Assembly (NCBI GenBank): GCA_963744145.1
Contig: CAVUSO010000001.1
Location: 3,264,001 to 3,328,000, forward strand
Direction of reading: 5' to 3'
DNA length: 64,000 nucleotides
From: an uncultured cyanobacterium
GTDB lineage: Bacteria; Cyanobacteriota; Cyanobacteriia; Cyanobacteriales; CAWUOF01
Positions 41,502-52,193 of this stretch are shown here, one piece after another (the first letter of the stretch is position 1; each line of letters opens with the position of its first letter). The notes under the pieces are model-generated. The model was not told the origin of the DNA, did no database searches, and was given only the letters and a program-made list of their open reading frames with translations. Position numbers and translations under genes: made by a program.

Positions 41502-41792
41502 ATATAAATTGCCTCAGCTAAAACGCGATCGCGAATTCGACTCTTCAGGCCATTTTTAGTAACAACATCTACTTTCAATCCAAACAGGTCACTTAAATAA
41601 TCCCTAAGTTCTATCAACATAATCAAAGTCGGCGCTATTTCGTAATCAACCAAAATATCAATATCACTTGCTTCTGTCTGCTCACCTCTTGCATAAGAGC
41701 CAAATATACCCAGTTCAGTAATTTGATATTTTTCACACAAAGTTTTTTTTTTGAACTGCTAAAGTTTGCTTAATTTCAGGAAGAGTTCTCAT
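41498..41792 (-). pseudogene. MNT nucleotidyltransferase antitoxin, frameshifted in an A10 tract
   Basis: GIFGSYARGEQ..SDIDILV; ATG 41792 is in frame only if the tract at 41743-41752 is A9. Confidence 0.8.
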
Positions 41793-42187
41793 AGTTTATT
41801 TTCAATTAACTGGCAGAAGTATCACCAATTATATCAGATGTTTTTAATTCTGCCAATCAAATCTCAATTATTCTTGGTCTAGTTCTGTGCTTCTCAAACT
41901 ACCTCCCATCGAAAATGATTATTTAAAAACCAATCAACACTCGCGATCGCGGAAATTAAAGACCCCAGGTAAGCCAAGCCGTTGTGGACAAGATAACGCC
42001 CAAAGCTTGTTTGACTTGACGCAAATTCCCACCAAGCGGATTATTTCGGGTATTTACCTGGGTTTACCAGACATTGCAACGGGATGGATACGTGAGTGTG
42101 ACCATATATGGTATCCTTTGATGGGTATAAGTTTCTATTATTATGGTTGAGCCATGACTAAAGAATGTATTAATCGATCACGTAATA

Positions 42188-42260
42188 TGGGCAGTACCGG
42201 ACTCGAACCGATGACATCTTGCTTGTAAGGCAAGCGCTCTACCAACTGAGCTAACCGCCC
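42188..42260 (-). tRNA. trnV: tRNA-Val(UAC)
   Basis: GGGCGGTTAGCTCAGTTGGTAGAGCGCTTGCCTTACAAGCAAGATGTCATCGGTTCGAGTCCGGTACTGCCCA; anticodon TAC, T-loop GTTCGA. Confidence 0.97.
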
Positions 42261-42333
42261 TTGGTTTTTTTCCATAGAGTTATACTCTAACACAACTCTC
42301 AAAAATACACAAGTAGAAATTCAAAATTTTTTA

Positions 42334-42921
42334 ATGCCTGCTGGTCACACCCACGATCGCATCACCCTCTGGACTTTGCCCCTGGTCGCGGGCTTAACTT
42401 TTGGACAAACCCACAATGGTAATCTGACTTTATTGGTGTCCGGTGGTTTTTTATTTGGTGGGCTGATGTTTGGACCGGACTTGGATATTTACTCCCGTCA
42501 ATATCAACGTTGGGGTTGGTTGCGTTGGCTCTGGTTACCTTATCAAAAAAGTCTACGTCATCGCTCCTATTTATCTCATGGGCCATTAATTGGGACTGGG
42601 TTACGAGTGATTTATTTGGTGATGTGGATCGGCATTTTTGTCAGTTTGGGGTTAGTTCTGAGCAAACTGTTTGGGGATATCCATTGGACTTGGCTAAACA
42701 TTGGACAAATAATTGGGCGATCGCTGGTTCAACATTATCCGGAATATTTGGCTCTATATATTGGTCTAGAGATAGGAGCGATGAGTCATTCTGTCAGTGA
42801 TTGGAGTAGTTCAGCTTATAAACGTTGGAAAAAAAAAGGAATCAAAGCTTTTTTTCTGCCGACTAAGAAAACTGTTAAGCATAAACGAAAATCTTCTCAG
42901 CGCAATAGTCGTCAGCGTTGA
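42334..42921 (+). CDS. DUF2227 putative metal-binding membrane protein
   Basis: GHTHDRIT, GPDLD, HRSYLSHGP, HSVSD. Confidence 0.88.
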   Translation: MPAGHTHDRITLWTLPLVAGLTFGQTHNGNLTLLVSGGFLFGGLMFGPDLDIYSRQYQRWGWLRWLWLPYQKSLRHRSYLSHGPLIGTGLRVIYLVMWIGIFVSLGLVLSKLFGDIHWTWLNIGQIIGRSLVQHYPEYLALYIGLEIGAMSHSVSDWSSSAYKRWKKKGIKAFFLPTKKTVKHKRKSSQRNSRQR

Positions 42922-43030
42922 AAAATTTCTGGTTGTTAACCCCATAGTGCCGATGGTCAAAATAACTAATGAACTTGCTCATTCCAGACTATAGTTCAAC
43001 TAACTTTAGTCCAATCTAGGGTTACCCAAT

Positions 43031-43498
43031 TCAAAACAGAAGCCGCTCTTGCCAAATTTCGCTTTTATAATGGCGTAAGCTGGAGCGAACTTCCATTAAA
43101 ATCTCTCCTAAATAATTCTTGCCACTACCATCTTTACCATAGCCCCAATAGTAGTCATGAAGATCTTTTTGCACGATCTTTTCCTCCTCTGTCGCGAGGA
43201 GAATTTGGCGAATACTGGCATGAGTTTTAAATTTATGGAGTACAGCTTGTCGCATCACATCATATTTGATTTGTTTCCAGTCGTGGCGGTGAGGAAGAAC
43301 GTGACCCAGTTTAGCTGCTTCGTCGGGAGATTGAGCCAAACGAATTTTTTCAGCATGGACAGTGCCAGCAAATTTCATCGCTTGATAATAGTGTTCTGAG
43401 GTCGATCACCAGACGGTATTTAGTTCAAAACCATGGGGCGAAAAATTACAAAAACAACCGTAGGGTTTTTCCTCTGCGCTAAAAAAATAAATTGTCAT
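43031..43498 (-). pseudogene. NADAR (YbiA-like) protein with an in-frame TGA
   Basis: MTIYFF...YGCFCNFSPHGF...VW*STSEHYYQAMKF...YWGYGKDGSGKNYLGEILMEVR. Confidence 0.85.
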
Positions 43499-43750
43499 AA
43501 TTAGATTTAGCTATGGCGAAAAGACTATAGAAATTTTATTAAAGATTTTGGGGATAGGCAATATCTAAAATCAATTGCGATCGATTTACTTGTAATTAAA
43601 CTTAACCATAATCCGAACAGTTTTGAGCTCATAGCCTGAAACCCTTAATTTTTTATTAACAGAGTCAGAGCCATAGTTGATGAAACCTTATTCTATTGTT
43701 AGCCATCAAAAACTGTCCGAAGTATTGCCAAGTATAGCTAGGAGGTATTT

Positions 43751-44495
43751 ATGTCAAATACTTTAACAAGATCAGATCCTGCTTTAGCCATGATCGAAGC
43801 TGCTTTACCGAATCGATCCACAACCATATAAGGTAGAAAATCCATCCACTGGATTAATCGTCGTAGATGTAGTCAACGGGTCTTGTAGCGTTGGGTATAG
43901 TCCCTTAGCCCCAGCAGAACCCGACGAACAAATTGCCACTATGCTTGCTGAAAGTAACCGTTTAGCCAAAGCTTTCGCTACTCAAGATCGACCTGTGTTA
44001 GTATTTCTTGATGCTCACCAACCTGGTAAACTAGAAGGAAGCTATCCTACCCATTGCGAGAAAGGTTCTGGAGAAGAAAAACTCGTTCCAGAACTGGAAT
44101 GGTTAGAAACTTATTCCCAAGCTACCTTAATTGAAAAAGACTGTATTAACGGTTTTATTGGTGCTATTAATTTAAAAACAGGCAATAATGCTCTCCTGCA
44201 ATGGATTCACCAACACCAACTAGAAGCTTTGGTGGTAGTAGGAATTTGCACCGATATCTGTGTGATGGACTTGGTAATCACCATGCTATCGGCACGTAAC
44301 CATGATATGTTATCGATCTTAAAAGATCTTGTCGTATATACCAAAGGTTGTGCTACATATAACTTAACTCCAGAAATAGCAACCAAATTAGGGCTACCAA
44401 AAACAGCTCTTCATCCCCAGAAAATTTCCCATCATATCGGTTTATACACAATGGCGGAAAGAGGAGCATTTATTGGTTCTGAGATTGTTATATGA
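43751..44495 (+). pseudogene. Isochorismatase/nicotinamidase family, +1 frameshift near 43811
   Basis: The IVVDVVNG motif upstream is in frame with FLDAH, HCEKG and VGICTDICV, but ATG 43751 is out of frame by one base. Confidence 0.8.
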
Positions 44496-44551
44496 ATATC
44501 GGCTATATTTTACTATAATTAGATTGTTGTTACTATTTAGGTCTAGCTCTC

Positions 44552-45391
44552 ATGATGTCAGATCCCACAACTTCTCTATCCCCGACTTTAGTGGCATTAC
44601 AACAATTAATTACGGTTGTGGCTAAATTGCGATCGCCTGAGGGTGGTTGTCCCTGGGATTTAGCGCAAACTTCGGAAACCTTGATTCCTTATATCATTGA
44701 AGAAGCTTATGAAGTAGTAAATGCGATTCAATCTGGAGATCAAAACGCCATTATTGAAGAGCTAGGTGATCTACTATTACAAGTGATTTTACAATCTCAA
44801 GTTGCTAGGGACAACGACAAATTTACTCTGACGGAAGTAGCTACAGGAATCAGTGAAAAACTAATTCAACGTCATCCTCATGTTTTTGGTAGTGTGACGG
44901 TTGAAAATGTTGAAGAAGTCCGGGCTAACTGGGAACGAATTAAAGCTACTGAAAAAGGAGAAAGTCACCAAAAATCTGCCCAACTTAGCTCGAAACTTAG
45001 TCGCTATGCTCGCACATTACCTCCATTAATGGCAGGAATGAAAATATCTGAAAAAGCAGCTTCAGCAGGATTTGAATGGGATAATGTGGCTGGAGTTTGG
45101 GCTAAGTTTGATGAAGAATTAGCCGAATTTAAACAAGCTCTTGCATATGAAGATAAAAATGCTCAACAAGCTGAGTTAGGGGATTTATTTTTTGTGCTAA
45201 TTAGTCTGGCACGTTGGTATAATTTAGATCCCGCGACTGCTTTGCAAGAAACCAATTCTAAATTTATCCAGCGATTAGCTCAAGTAGAAGTTTATGCTGA
45301 TCGACCACTCACAGATTACTCCTTAGAAGAGTTAGATGTACTTTGGACAAAAGCTAAAGCCCAAATAGCTCAACAAAAGCAACACAGTTGA
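44552..45391 (+). CDS. mazG: Nucleoside triphosphate pyrophosphohydrolase
   Basis: LRSPEGGCPWD, EEAYE, EELGDLL, RHPHVFG, second EELAEF/ELGDL domain. Confidence 0.95.
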   Translation: MMSDPTTSLSPTLVALQQLITVVAKLRSPEGGCPWDLAQTSETLIPYIIEEAYEVVNAIQSGDQNAIIEELGDLLLQVILQSQVARDNDKFTLTEVATGISEKLIQRHPHVFGSVTVENVEEVRANWERIKATEKGESHQKSAQLSSKLSRYARTLPPLMAGMKISEKAASAGFEWDNVAGVWAKFDEELAEFKQALAYEDKNAQQAELGDLFFVLISLARWYNLDPATALQETNSKFIQRLAQVEVYADRPLTDYSLEELDVLWTKAKAQIAQQKQHS

Positions 45392-45540
45392 TGATGTTTT
45401 TGAATAAATGGGGGATTCCATCAAATATTTACTGGTTGGGATGAGAATTTCTGGGAGTTGGCAAAAGAGCAGTTATTTACTACTATATATATATCCTGAT
45501 TTATAGATCAGGATAATTCCATGAGTTCGGTAGAATATTT

Positions 45541-46173
45541 ATGAATCTATGTCTAAACCCTGATGGTCAGAATATTAATCCGTCTAGCACCAAGTTTTGT
45601 CAGCCATGTGAGAATGAGTGGTTACTAGGCGATCGCGATCAGTCTACTTGTGAAGTATTGTCAGCACTTAATCCTCAATCAATACCTACACAAATTCAAA
45701 TTACTCTGACAAGTGAAAAAGGAATCGATTACAGTCATCTCCAGGAACTATTAGCTGCTAGAAAATGGCAAGAAGCGGATCAGGAAACTTATCGACTTGT
45801 GCTCAAAGTTGCTAATCGTGAAAAAGAAGAATATCTCACAGTTGATAATTGGTTAAACTTTCCCTGTAAAGACCTTCACACTATAGATCAGTTATGGGTG
45901 CAATACTCTTATGGTCGTTTTGGGTTTAGTGTCCAAAAAGAAATCTGGGAGAGTAAAGATGTGGGAGGTCATCCCGAGGCAAATTATGAGATAAGATATA
46001 AATTTGCTAATACTGTAGGATGGAGAAAAGAAGGAAACTGGTTAGCTTATAGCGACTTAACCTTTAATATCAATGCACCAATAGGTCATCTTCCAGTTTG
46101 TGATATTTGGTTAGGGGGATGTTATATATCCGTGTTGGGGTTATTTTCTAGTGCAAAGACTTGTAACCTATAA
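45541..46173 (+). CDS. GUN4-domain protein with a vestigial kinase N-terminus
   Basis: Degenerate 4-Cys prefix (CLNP...FCQPC), then DYSHLQELLAARKWQEADQET, IDQLWVQYSYGRFGFSVQK, VGWR, GHLP. Confidence 0.88.
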   Translation: MNLCLNPDGQNINPSSTKFCQPCENEWLLGDRDQSTCEVLSALNPQSIPTQIQITLTSEKGIDYSHLQELLAARKWQEADQETYRLVLKVANREKEEYLTVDNWLNFPCKDLHTIDQLWVQYSYGRFGFSVQKEIWESKDVGGHPEANYEIRYKFANTVGWRKEGNWLAYSDLTFNINAPIGHLPVCDIWLGGCYISVLGLFSSAKTCNL

Positions 46174-46220
46174 GATATTAAGAATTTTAGGCTATTTGTT
46201 AAGCATAATTTTGATACTTA
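46144..46220 (+). repeat. Conserved 3' element of GUN4-domain genes, copy 2
   Basis: Aligns with 15375-15450. Confidence 0.85.
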
Positions 46221-46255
46221 TTTCTCTGATTTACTTGGTAGATGGAGTAATTTGC

Positions 46256-47425
46256 CTAGTGCTGAGAAACAGGATTGAGATTCTGATGAGATGAATTACC
46301 TACTGGTAATAGAACTGTAACTTTCGTACCAACTCCTACCTGACTTTCTATATAAATATTTCCTCCACATAAATCAACACAACGCTTCACGATCGCTAAA
46401 CCTAGTCCAGTACCTTGAATTTTGCCAACATTACTGCAACGACTAAAGGTTTCAAATAAACGATGCTGATCCGCTTCAGGAATCCCAATCCCGCGATCGA
46501 CAATGCAAAATTTTACAGTATGATTTTGGTAACTGACTTCTAAGCGAACTTCATGACCAGATGGAGAATATTTAAGGGCGTTGGAAATCAGATTAACTAG
46601 AATATGTTTTAATCGATGAGGATCTAGTTCCAAGTAATCGAAATCTGACTGATATTGAGTCATTATGGGATGTTGATGATTGTCACTCAAGGCTAATGAA
46701 GCGATTAATTCATCACAAAACTCTGGTAATTGCAGAGATATTAATTCAATCTCAAAATTACCAGTATCAACTTTTCCTAATAGAATTACTTCATCCAAAA
46801 TTTGACACATATGAGCGATGGTTTCTTTAATTTTTTCAACATAAGTTGCTTTTTTTTCTAAGGTTAACTTATTCTCAAAATTCAAAACAATATCACTCAT
46901 AGCTTGCAACACAGTCAAGGGATTGCGAAATTCATGGGAAACCATGGAAACAAAATAGGATTTGAGCTGATTTAATTCCTGTTCTTTCTGCAAAGCTACT
47001 AAAGTAGCACGTTCACTATTTCTGAGTTGTTGCAAAATTTGCGATCGCTCAATCGTATATCGAATGCTACGTCTGAGTAATTGAACCGTTACTTGATCCT
47101 TAACTAGATAATCCTGGGCCCCTTGTGCCATTGCTTGGAGGGCTAATTCCTCATCATCAAAAACTGTCAGAATAATCACCGGAACATCAGGAACTGCTTG
47201 ATTAAACTGAGCGATAGTCTCTACTCCATCCGAGTCGGGTAGACGTAGATCAAGTAAAGCCAGATTAAAGGATTGAACTCGACAAAAATCGATCGCGTCA
47301 CTCAATCTTTCAGCATGAACTAGGTGCCAATTTCCACTTGATGCCCGCAAAAATACATGCTCAAATAACTGAGCATCAGTTGGACTATCTTCCACCAATA
47401 AAACTCGCAGAGATTCTTGATTCAT
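46256..47425 (-). CDS. Hybrid receiver-histidine kinase
   Basis: REC (LLVED, LLDLRLPD, DYLVK) plus HisKA SHEFRNPL and HATPase GTGLGL. Confidence 0.93.
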   Translation of the reverse strand: MNQESLRVLLVEDSPTDAQLFEHVFLRASSGNWHLVHAERLSDAIDFCRVQSFNLALLDLRLPDSDGVETIAQFNQAVPDVPVIILTVFDDEELALQAMAQGAQDYLVKDQVTVQLLRRSIRYTIERSQILQQLRNSERATLVALQKEQELNQLKSYFVSMVSHEFRNPLTVLQAMSDIVLNFENKLTLEKKATYVEKIKETIAHMCQILDEVILLGKVDTGNFEIELISLQLPEFCDELIASLALSDNHQHPIMTQYQSDFDYLELDPHRLKHILVNLISNALKYSPSGHEVRLEVSYQNHTVKFCIVDRGIGIPEADQHRLFETFSRCSNVGKIQGTGLGLAIVKRCVDLCGGNIYIESQVGVGTKVTVLLPVGNSSHQNLNPVSQH

Positions 47426-47522
47426 CGGAAATTACCTACTTCCAATAGGAATATTTGAGATTAAAGGCAATTGATTAGTTCCCTAAAATTTTTTAATTTT
47501 TGATTAAATATTTGGGACAAAT

Positions 47523-47969
47523 TTATTCCCCAGGTAATTTAACAGATGCTAACCAGAATTCATTAATTAATTGGACTAAATAAATGAATTGATGAATATC
47601 AATTGGTTTATTTAGATAGCAATTGGCATAGAGATTGTAAGAATGTAAAATATCTTCTTCATTGGTTGAAGTCGTGAAAATAACAACCGGAATCCGTTTT
47701 AATTCCTGATCAGTTTTAACTTCTGCTAAAACTTCGTGTCCGTCCATACCCGGTAAATTCAGATCCAGCAAAATTAAGTCAGGACGGGTCGCATCCGCAA
47801 ACTCTCCCTGACAACGGAGATAGTCCATTGCTGCTTCTCCATCCTCAACCCAATGCAAATTATTCGCAATTTTGGCTTTACTAAACTCACGAATCGTCAA
47901 ATTTGCATCACTGGGAGAATCTTCAACTAAGAGAATTTCAATTGGGCGAAAGGGGAAATTATTATTCAT
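47523..47969 (-). CDS. Single-domain response regulator (Rcp1-like)
   Basis: ILLVEDSPSD, LLDLNLP, ANCYLNKP. Confidence 0.93.
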   Translation of the reverse strand: MNNNFPFRPIEILLVEDSPSDANLTIREFSKAKIANNLHWVEDGEAAMDYLRCQGEFADATRPDLILLDLNLPGMDGHEVLAEVKTDQELKRIPVVIFTTSTNEEDILHSYNLYANCYLNKPIDIHQFIYLVQLINEFWLASVKLPGE

Positions 47970-49724
47970 AGATGACGGGAAATAGTAAAAAAGAAAGTAG
48001 TACCAATACTAGGAGTGGATTCTGCCCAAATTTCTCCCCCATGTCGAGCTACAATTTTCTTACAAATTGCCAATCCAATTCCAGTACCGGGATATTCTCG
48101 ACGAGTGTGAAGTCGTTTAAATAAATCAAAGATCCGATCTAAATATTGAGGTTTAATCCCAATTCCATTATCTTCTACTTGAAAAAGAAAATCTGTTTCT
48201 CGTTGAGTGACACGAATTGAAATATGGGGATAATCCTGGTGACAAAATTTGATCGCATTACCAATCAGATTTTGAAACAGTTGGACTAATTGACTTTGAT
48301 CTGCTTTCAGAGTTGGGAGTGGCTCAACCTTAATCAAGGCTTGACTTTGAGCGATCGCCATATGTAAATTCCGGAGGACCTCTTTGATCACAATATTACC
48401 ATCAATCAGGGTAAATTCCTTCCCACGAGTACCCACCCGCGAATACCTCAGCAAATCCTGGATTAATTGCTGCATCCGCTGGGCACCATCAATAATAAAA
48501 TCTGCATAGGACTGGGCAGTTTGATCAAAGCGATCGCCATACTCACTCATTAATAACTGAGTGTAACCCGTAATTGCCCGTAATGGTTCCTGTAAATCAT
48601 GGGATGCCACATAAGCAAACTGCTCCAAAGACTGATTTGATCGTTGTAACTCCTGATTCAACATTTGTAACTGTTCAGTTGCTTGAGTCAGTTCACCAGT
48701 TCGTGCTAGTACCCGTTTTTCTAATTCTTCGTTAAGTCGTAAAATTATCAATTCTGCCCTTCTCCGTTCTGTAATATTATCAATCACAGATAGAACACAG
48801 AGCTGGTCTTCAACTTGGATTATTTGGGCAGAAATACAACCAATAATTTTTTCATGATCATAGTTTTGCAACTGCACTTCATAGTCCTTAAGATGCCCCT
48901 GGGATTGCAACTGTTCCAGCATCTGCTGAAAATCGGCTATGTTCTGCCAAATCTTACTTTTTAATTCCCTTGACTTTAACAATTCCTCACGACTATATCC
49001 AAATAACTGCTGAAAACTATGGTTTACATCCACATAGTCTGCTTCAGCCAAGGTAATAATACTTTTCGCGATCGGGCTATGATAAAAAGCTTTAGAAAAC
49101 TTATCTTCTGACAATTTCAGCGCGGATTCTGCCTGCTGACGTTCTTTTTTCACCCGTAATGCTATAATTCCAAAACTTAAGCTATCAGTTAGTTCGGTGA
49201 ACAAAGCAAATTCTCTTGGATTAAACGCATCAACTTCCACTGAGTAAATATTTAGAGTCCCAAAAACTTCTTCCCCGTCCTTTAAAGGTAACACCATATA
49301 TGATTGATAGCCCCTTTGCTGTGCAGCTTCACAGCCAGGGAGCAAAACTAGGGTCTTGCAGCATATTTTGACAAGCTATTGGTTGACCCGAACGAATTAC
49401 CCTCCCCGTCGGTCCTCTTCCTCGTTCTGTATCTGCCCAAGTGATCTGTACTGTCTGTAAATATCCAGCTTCATATCCTGCCCAAGCCATGGGTTTAACA
49501 GTTTTGTCTGCATCGTGACACAGATAACCAACCCATGTCATCTGGTAAGCTGCTTCTTCTGTAATCAGTTGACATAGGGTTTGGAGCAATATCTGTTCAT
49601 CGGTTGCTCGAATTACAGCCTGGGTACAGGCACTTAATACTCGTAGTGCCCGATTGACAACCTGAAAATCGCGCTTCAGTTCTTTAGGATTGTCTTGATG
49701 TAAATTCTGCATACTATAATCCAA
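47966..49724 (-). pseudogene. GAF-PAS-histidine kinase split by a +1 frameshift near 49335
   Basis: The GAF domain continues across ORFs 49329-49724 and 47966-49345 (FAPW|EAAQQRGY); SHDLQEPLR HisKA. Confidence 0.82.
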
Positions 49725-49836
49725 TACCGTTCAGTTAAGGATATTTTTGGGGATCTCGGCAGAAGAAGGGTGAAGCATTCGGATCTAATATTACTAGTTT
49801 GATTGTTTAATTGTCGCTAAACATGCTTCACCCCTA
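49721..49836 (-). repeat. REP doublet / MITE copy
   Basis: CAATACCGTTCAGTTAAGG...GGGTGAAGCATTCGG...ATGCTTCACCCCTAC. Confidence 0.85.
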
Positions 49837-50013
49837 CACTTAATCAAGGTCGGAGTATTTCTATTAACCCAGATGAGTCTTTATTGCAGCAATCGGCGCG
49901 AACGTCAAACTACTTCATCGGGTCGGCAGGAATTAAGAAAACCTATCAGTTTTGAACATAGTTGAGCTACTATTGGTCATTTCATCGGCATCTCTATCAA
50001 TAAACGTGAGGCC

Positions 50014-50102
50014 CCATAACAGCTAAGTTGAGCGGCGGCTAGTATCCTTTACATCCTCGCCCAGATTTTTTTTAGCCCGTCCGCTCCAACGTGTTGTTAG
50101 AC
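50014..50102 (-). other. Integron attC site
   Basis: Minus strand GTCTAAC-AACAC-GTTGGAGCGGACGG...CCGCCGCTCAAC-TTAGCT-GTTATGG: R''/L''/L'/R' layout with extrahelical bases. Confidence 0.8.
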
Positions 50103-50253
50103 CAGGCTTTCGCGACAAATTCACAACTTGTCTGCCGCTTTCTGCTTCCTTTTTGCGTAGGTCTGCGAATATTGCGTCCAAATCGTAGTTGAAAGACTTG
50201 GCATACTTTTCACGGATTCGGTGGATCTCTTCAACAATTTCATCTGTCCACAT
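50023..50253 (-). CDS. Small putative antitoxin partner of the PIN gene
   Basis: MWTDEIVEEIHRIRE..AKSFNYDLDAIFADLRK family pattern; the C-terminus runs into the attC. Confidence 0.75.
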   Translation of the reverse strand: MWTDEIVEEIHRIREKYAKSFNYDLDAIFADLRKKEAESGRQVVNLSRKPGLTTRWSGRAKKNLGEDVKDTSRRST

Positions 50254-50256
50254 GAC

Positions 50257-50730
50257 CTAATCTCCCATGAGTTCGTTGGGTGTGCAAAGGATAGGCAGTA
50301 CATAGCCGAAATCTAGACTAATCTCCGCCAACTTTCCCTGGATTTGAGCATTGGCGATATGTTTGCAATTCCAGGTTAGCAGATAATCCATGCTGTGTAC
50401 GGTTGCGGCGGCAATGTGAACCGCGTCCACCTTCGCCTTTGGAGGCATGCTACTTCGGGCTAGAAATTGTGCAGCTAAACCTTGTACCGCTTGGTTCAAT
50501 GCTAGCAAGGGAAAATCACGCAGAATCTCCAGTCGTTGAGCGGCAATTTCCGCGTCCCCTTGCGCTACTTCGTCTATTACGACCTCTGAAGTGTAGAGAA
50601 TGAAGGCATTCCGACGGAATTCCCACCAGTCTTTTGTGATCTCCATATTTGCAGCCAGGATCAGATTCTTGGTTGATCTAGCTGTGAGATAGCCCACGAT
50701 GCTGGTTTCGATGTAGACAGTTTCACTCAT
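50257..50730 (-). CDS. PIN/VapC family toxin
   Basis: VYIETSI, DAVHIAAA, YLLTWNCKHIAN, ICTPNEL-like tail. Confidence 0.9.
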   Translation of the reverse strand: MSETVYIETSIVGYLTARSTKNLILAANMEITKDWWEFRRNAFILYTSEVVIDEVAQGDAEIAAQRLEILRDFPLLALNQAVQGLAAQFLARSSMPPKAKVDAVHIAAATVHSMDYLLTWNCKHIANAQIQGKLAEISLDFGYVLPILCTPNELMGD

Positions 50731-50773
50731 CTGGAATAGGTTTAAAGTCTTCCCATTTTACTACTCAATTATT

Positions 50774-51152
50774 TTAACTTTTCCATAATTGCCAGAGATG
50801 ACTACTTTCAAGCATCAGAGTTACAGCCCACACAAAGATACTGATCCCCGTTGCTGCTGCGGCAATATCTTTAATCACCCCAATCTGAACATCTTCTCTT
50901 GGTTCGATAAAATCACATAAGATTTCGATCGCACTATTAAATAGTTCAGCAGACAACATGATTCCTGTCGCTAGCAAAATCAAAGTCACATCAATCCATT
51001 GTCGAAAAATAAACGACAAGACCATAACTACAACGGACAGAACAAGTTTGTAAGCAACACTAAAATCAGAGATTACAGCAACATAAAGACCTCGGAAAAT
51101 CACCCTCAATTTGCGAATGTGGCTATATCCTGGCGGATGTTTTTTTACTCAT
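50774..51152 (-). CDS. dgkA: Diacylglycerol kinase (DgkA family); possibly frameshifted in a 5' A7 run
   Basis: ELFNSAIE..CD and KDIAAAA motifs; ATG 51152 is one base out of frame, while TTG 51109 is in frame. Confidence 0.75.
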
Positions 51153-51445
51153 TTTGCTGTTCTTGAAAAGGTACAATCATACAGGTTAACCTAAATTATC
51201 TTTTTTATTTATCCACCTACAATTGATTTAATCAATAGCCTTGTTATTGCATAGGCATCAGCATTCGTATCTACTATTAACCGATAATTAAGGTAAGATG
51301 GTAATAATTATGATTCTTTATGACTAGCAGCAATTTTACTAACTGTCTGAGATTAACAATATTAAATTAGTGATTAAGTTTTTAGCTCTCTCCCATGAGC
51401 GATACTAGCATGGAGATCAAATAGCGATCGCCAACTTTACCAAAT

Positions 51446-51468
51446 AAAAAACCCTCCTGGTGGAGGGT
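51446..51468 (-). terminator. Intrinsic terminator of the cox operon
   Basis: ACCCTCC-ACCA-GGAGGGT followed by a T run on the minus strand. Confidence 0.65.
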
Positions 51469-51499
51469 AAATTTGTTCATTAAGCGGAGAACAAACTGA

Positions 51500-52126
51500 T
51501 TAGAGGATATAGAGTAGCAAAAACAGAACAATCCAGACAACATCGACAAAATGCCAGTAAAGTTCTGCTGCTTCTACCCCGAAATGATGGTGATTTGAGT
51601 AATGGCTACTTTTGAGCGATCGCCACAAAACAGCCAAGATTAGCACCAAACCAAAGCAAACGTGCATCCCGTGGAACCCAGTTAGCACATAAAATGTGCT
51701 AGCAAACAGGTTAGTTTTTAGGCCAAATTCGAGATGAGCGTACTCATACAACTGACCACCAAGGAAAATTACTCCCATGATAGCAGTGATGGCGAACCAT
51801 AACCGCAGACCAGATACATCATTTTTTTTGATCGCAGTATCTGCGTTATGGATGACAAAACTACTAGAAATTAGAATGAGGGTATTAATTCCTGGTAACA
51901 ATAGCTCTCGTTCAGGTGTTCCTTCAGGTGGCCAAACTGGATTTACCGCCCGAAAAGTCAAATAAGCAGCGAACAAACCTAGGAAAATCATCCCTTCCGC
52001 AATCAGAAACAAAACAATACCAAAAATACGGTGATCGGGATGTTCGACATGATGACCTGCTGTCGCTCCAGTTTCAGCATGGTAACTTAGGACAGACTGA
52101 GACTCGTCAATTGTGGAACCTTGCAT
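51500..52126 (-). CDS. coxC: Cytochrome c oxidase subunit III
   Basis: FLIAEGMIF, TGFHGMHV, YWHFVDVVW. Confidence 0.95.
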   Translation of the reverse strand: MQGSTIDESQSVLSYHAETGATAGHHVEHPDHRIFGIVLFLIAEGMIFLGLFAAYLTFRAVNPVWPPEGTPERELLLPGINTLILISSSFVIHNADTAIKKNDVSGLRLWFAITAIMGVIFLGGQLYEYAHLEFGLKTNLFASTFYVLTGFHGMHVCFGLVLILAVLWRSLKSSHYSNHHHFGVEAAELYWHFVDVVWIVLFLLLYIL

Positions 52127-52193
52127 AGTTCTCCCATCATTACCAAATAATAAGTTGATTTGCTCACCTCTAAAGGTGAGCAAAAATGAATCA

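Noticed and set aside
41887..42150. 87-aa ORF beside the tRNA as a possible integrase remnant
   Set aside because: No tyrosine-recombinase motif recognised and no tRNA 3' duplication found.
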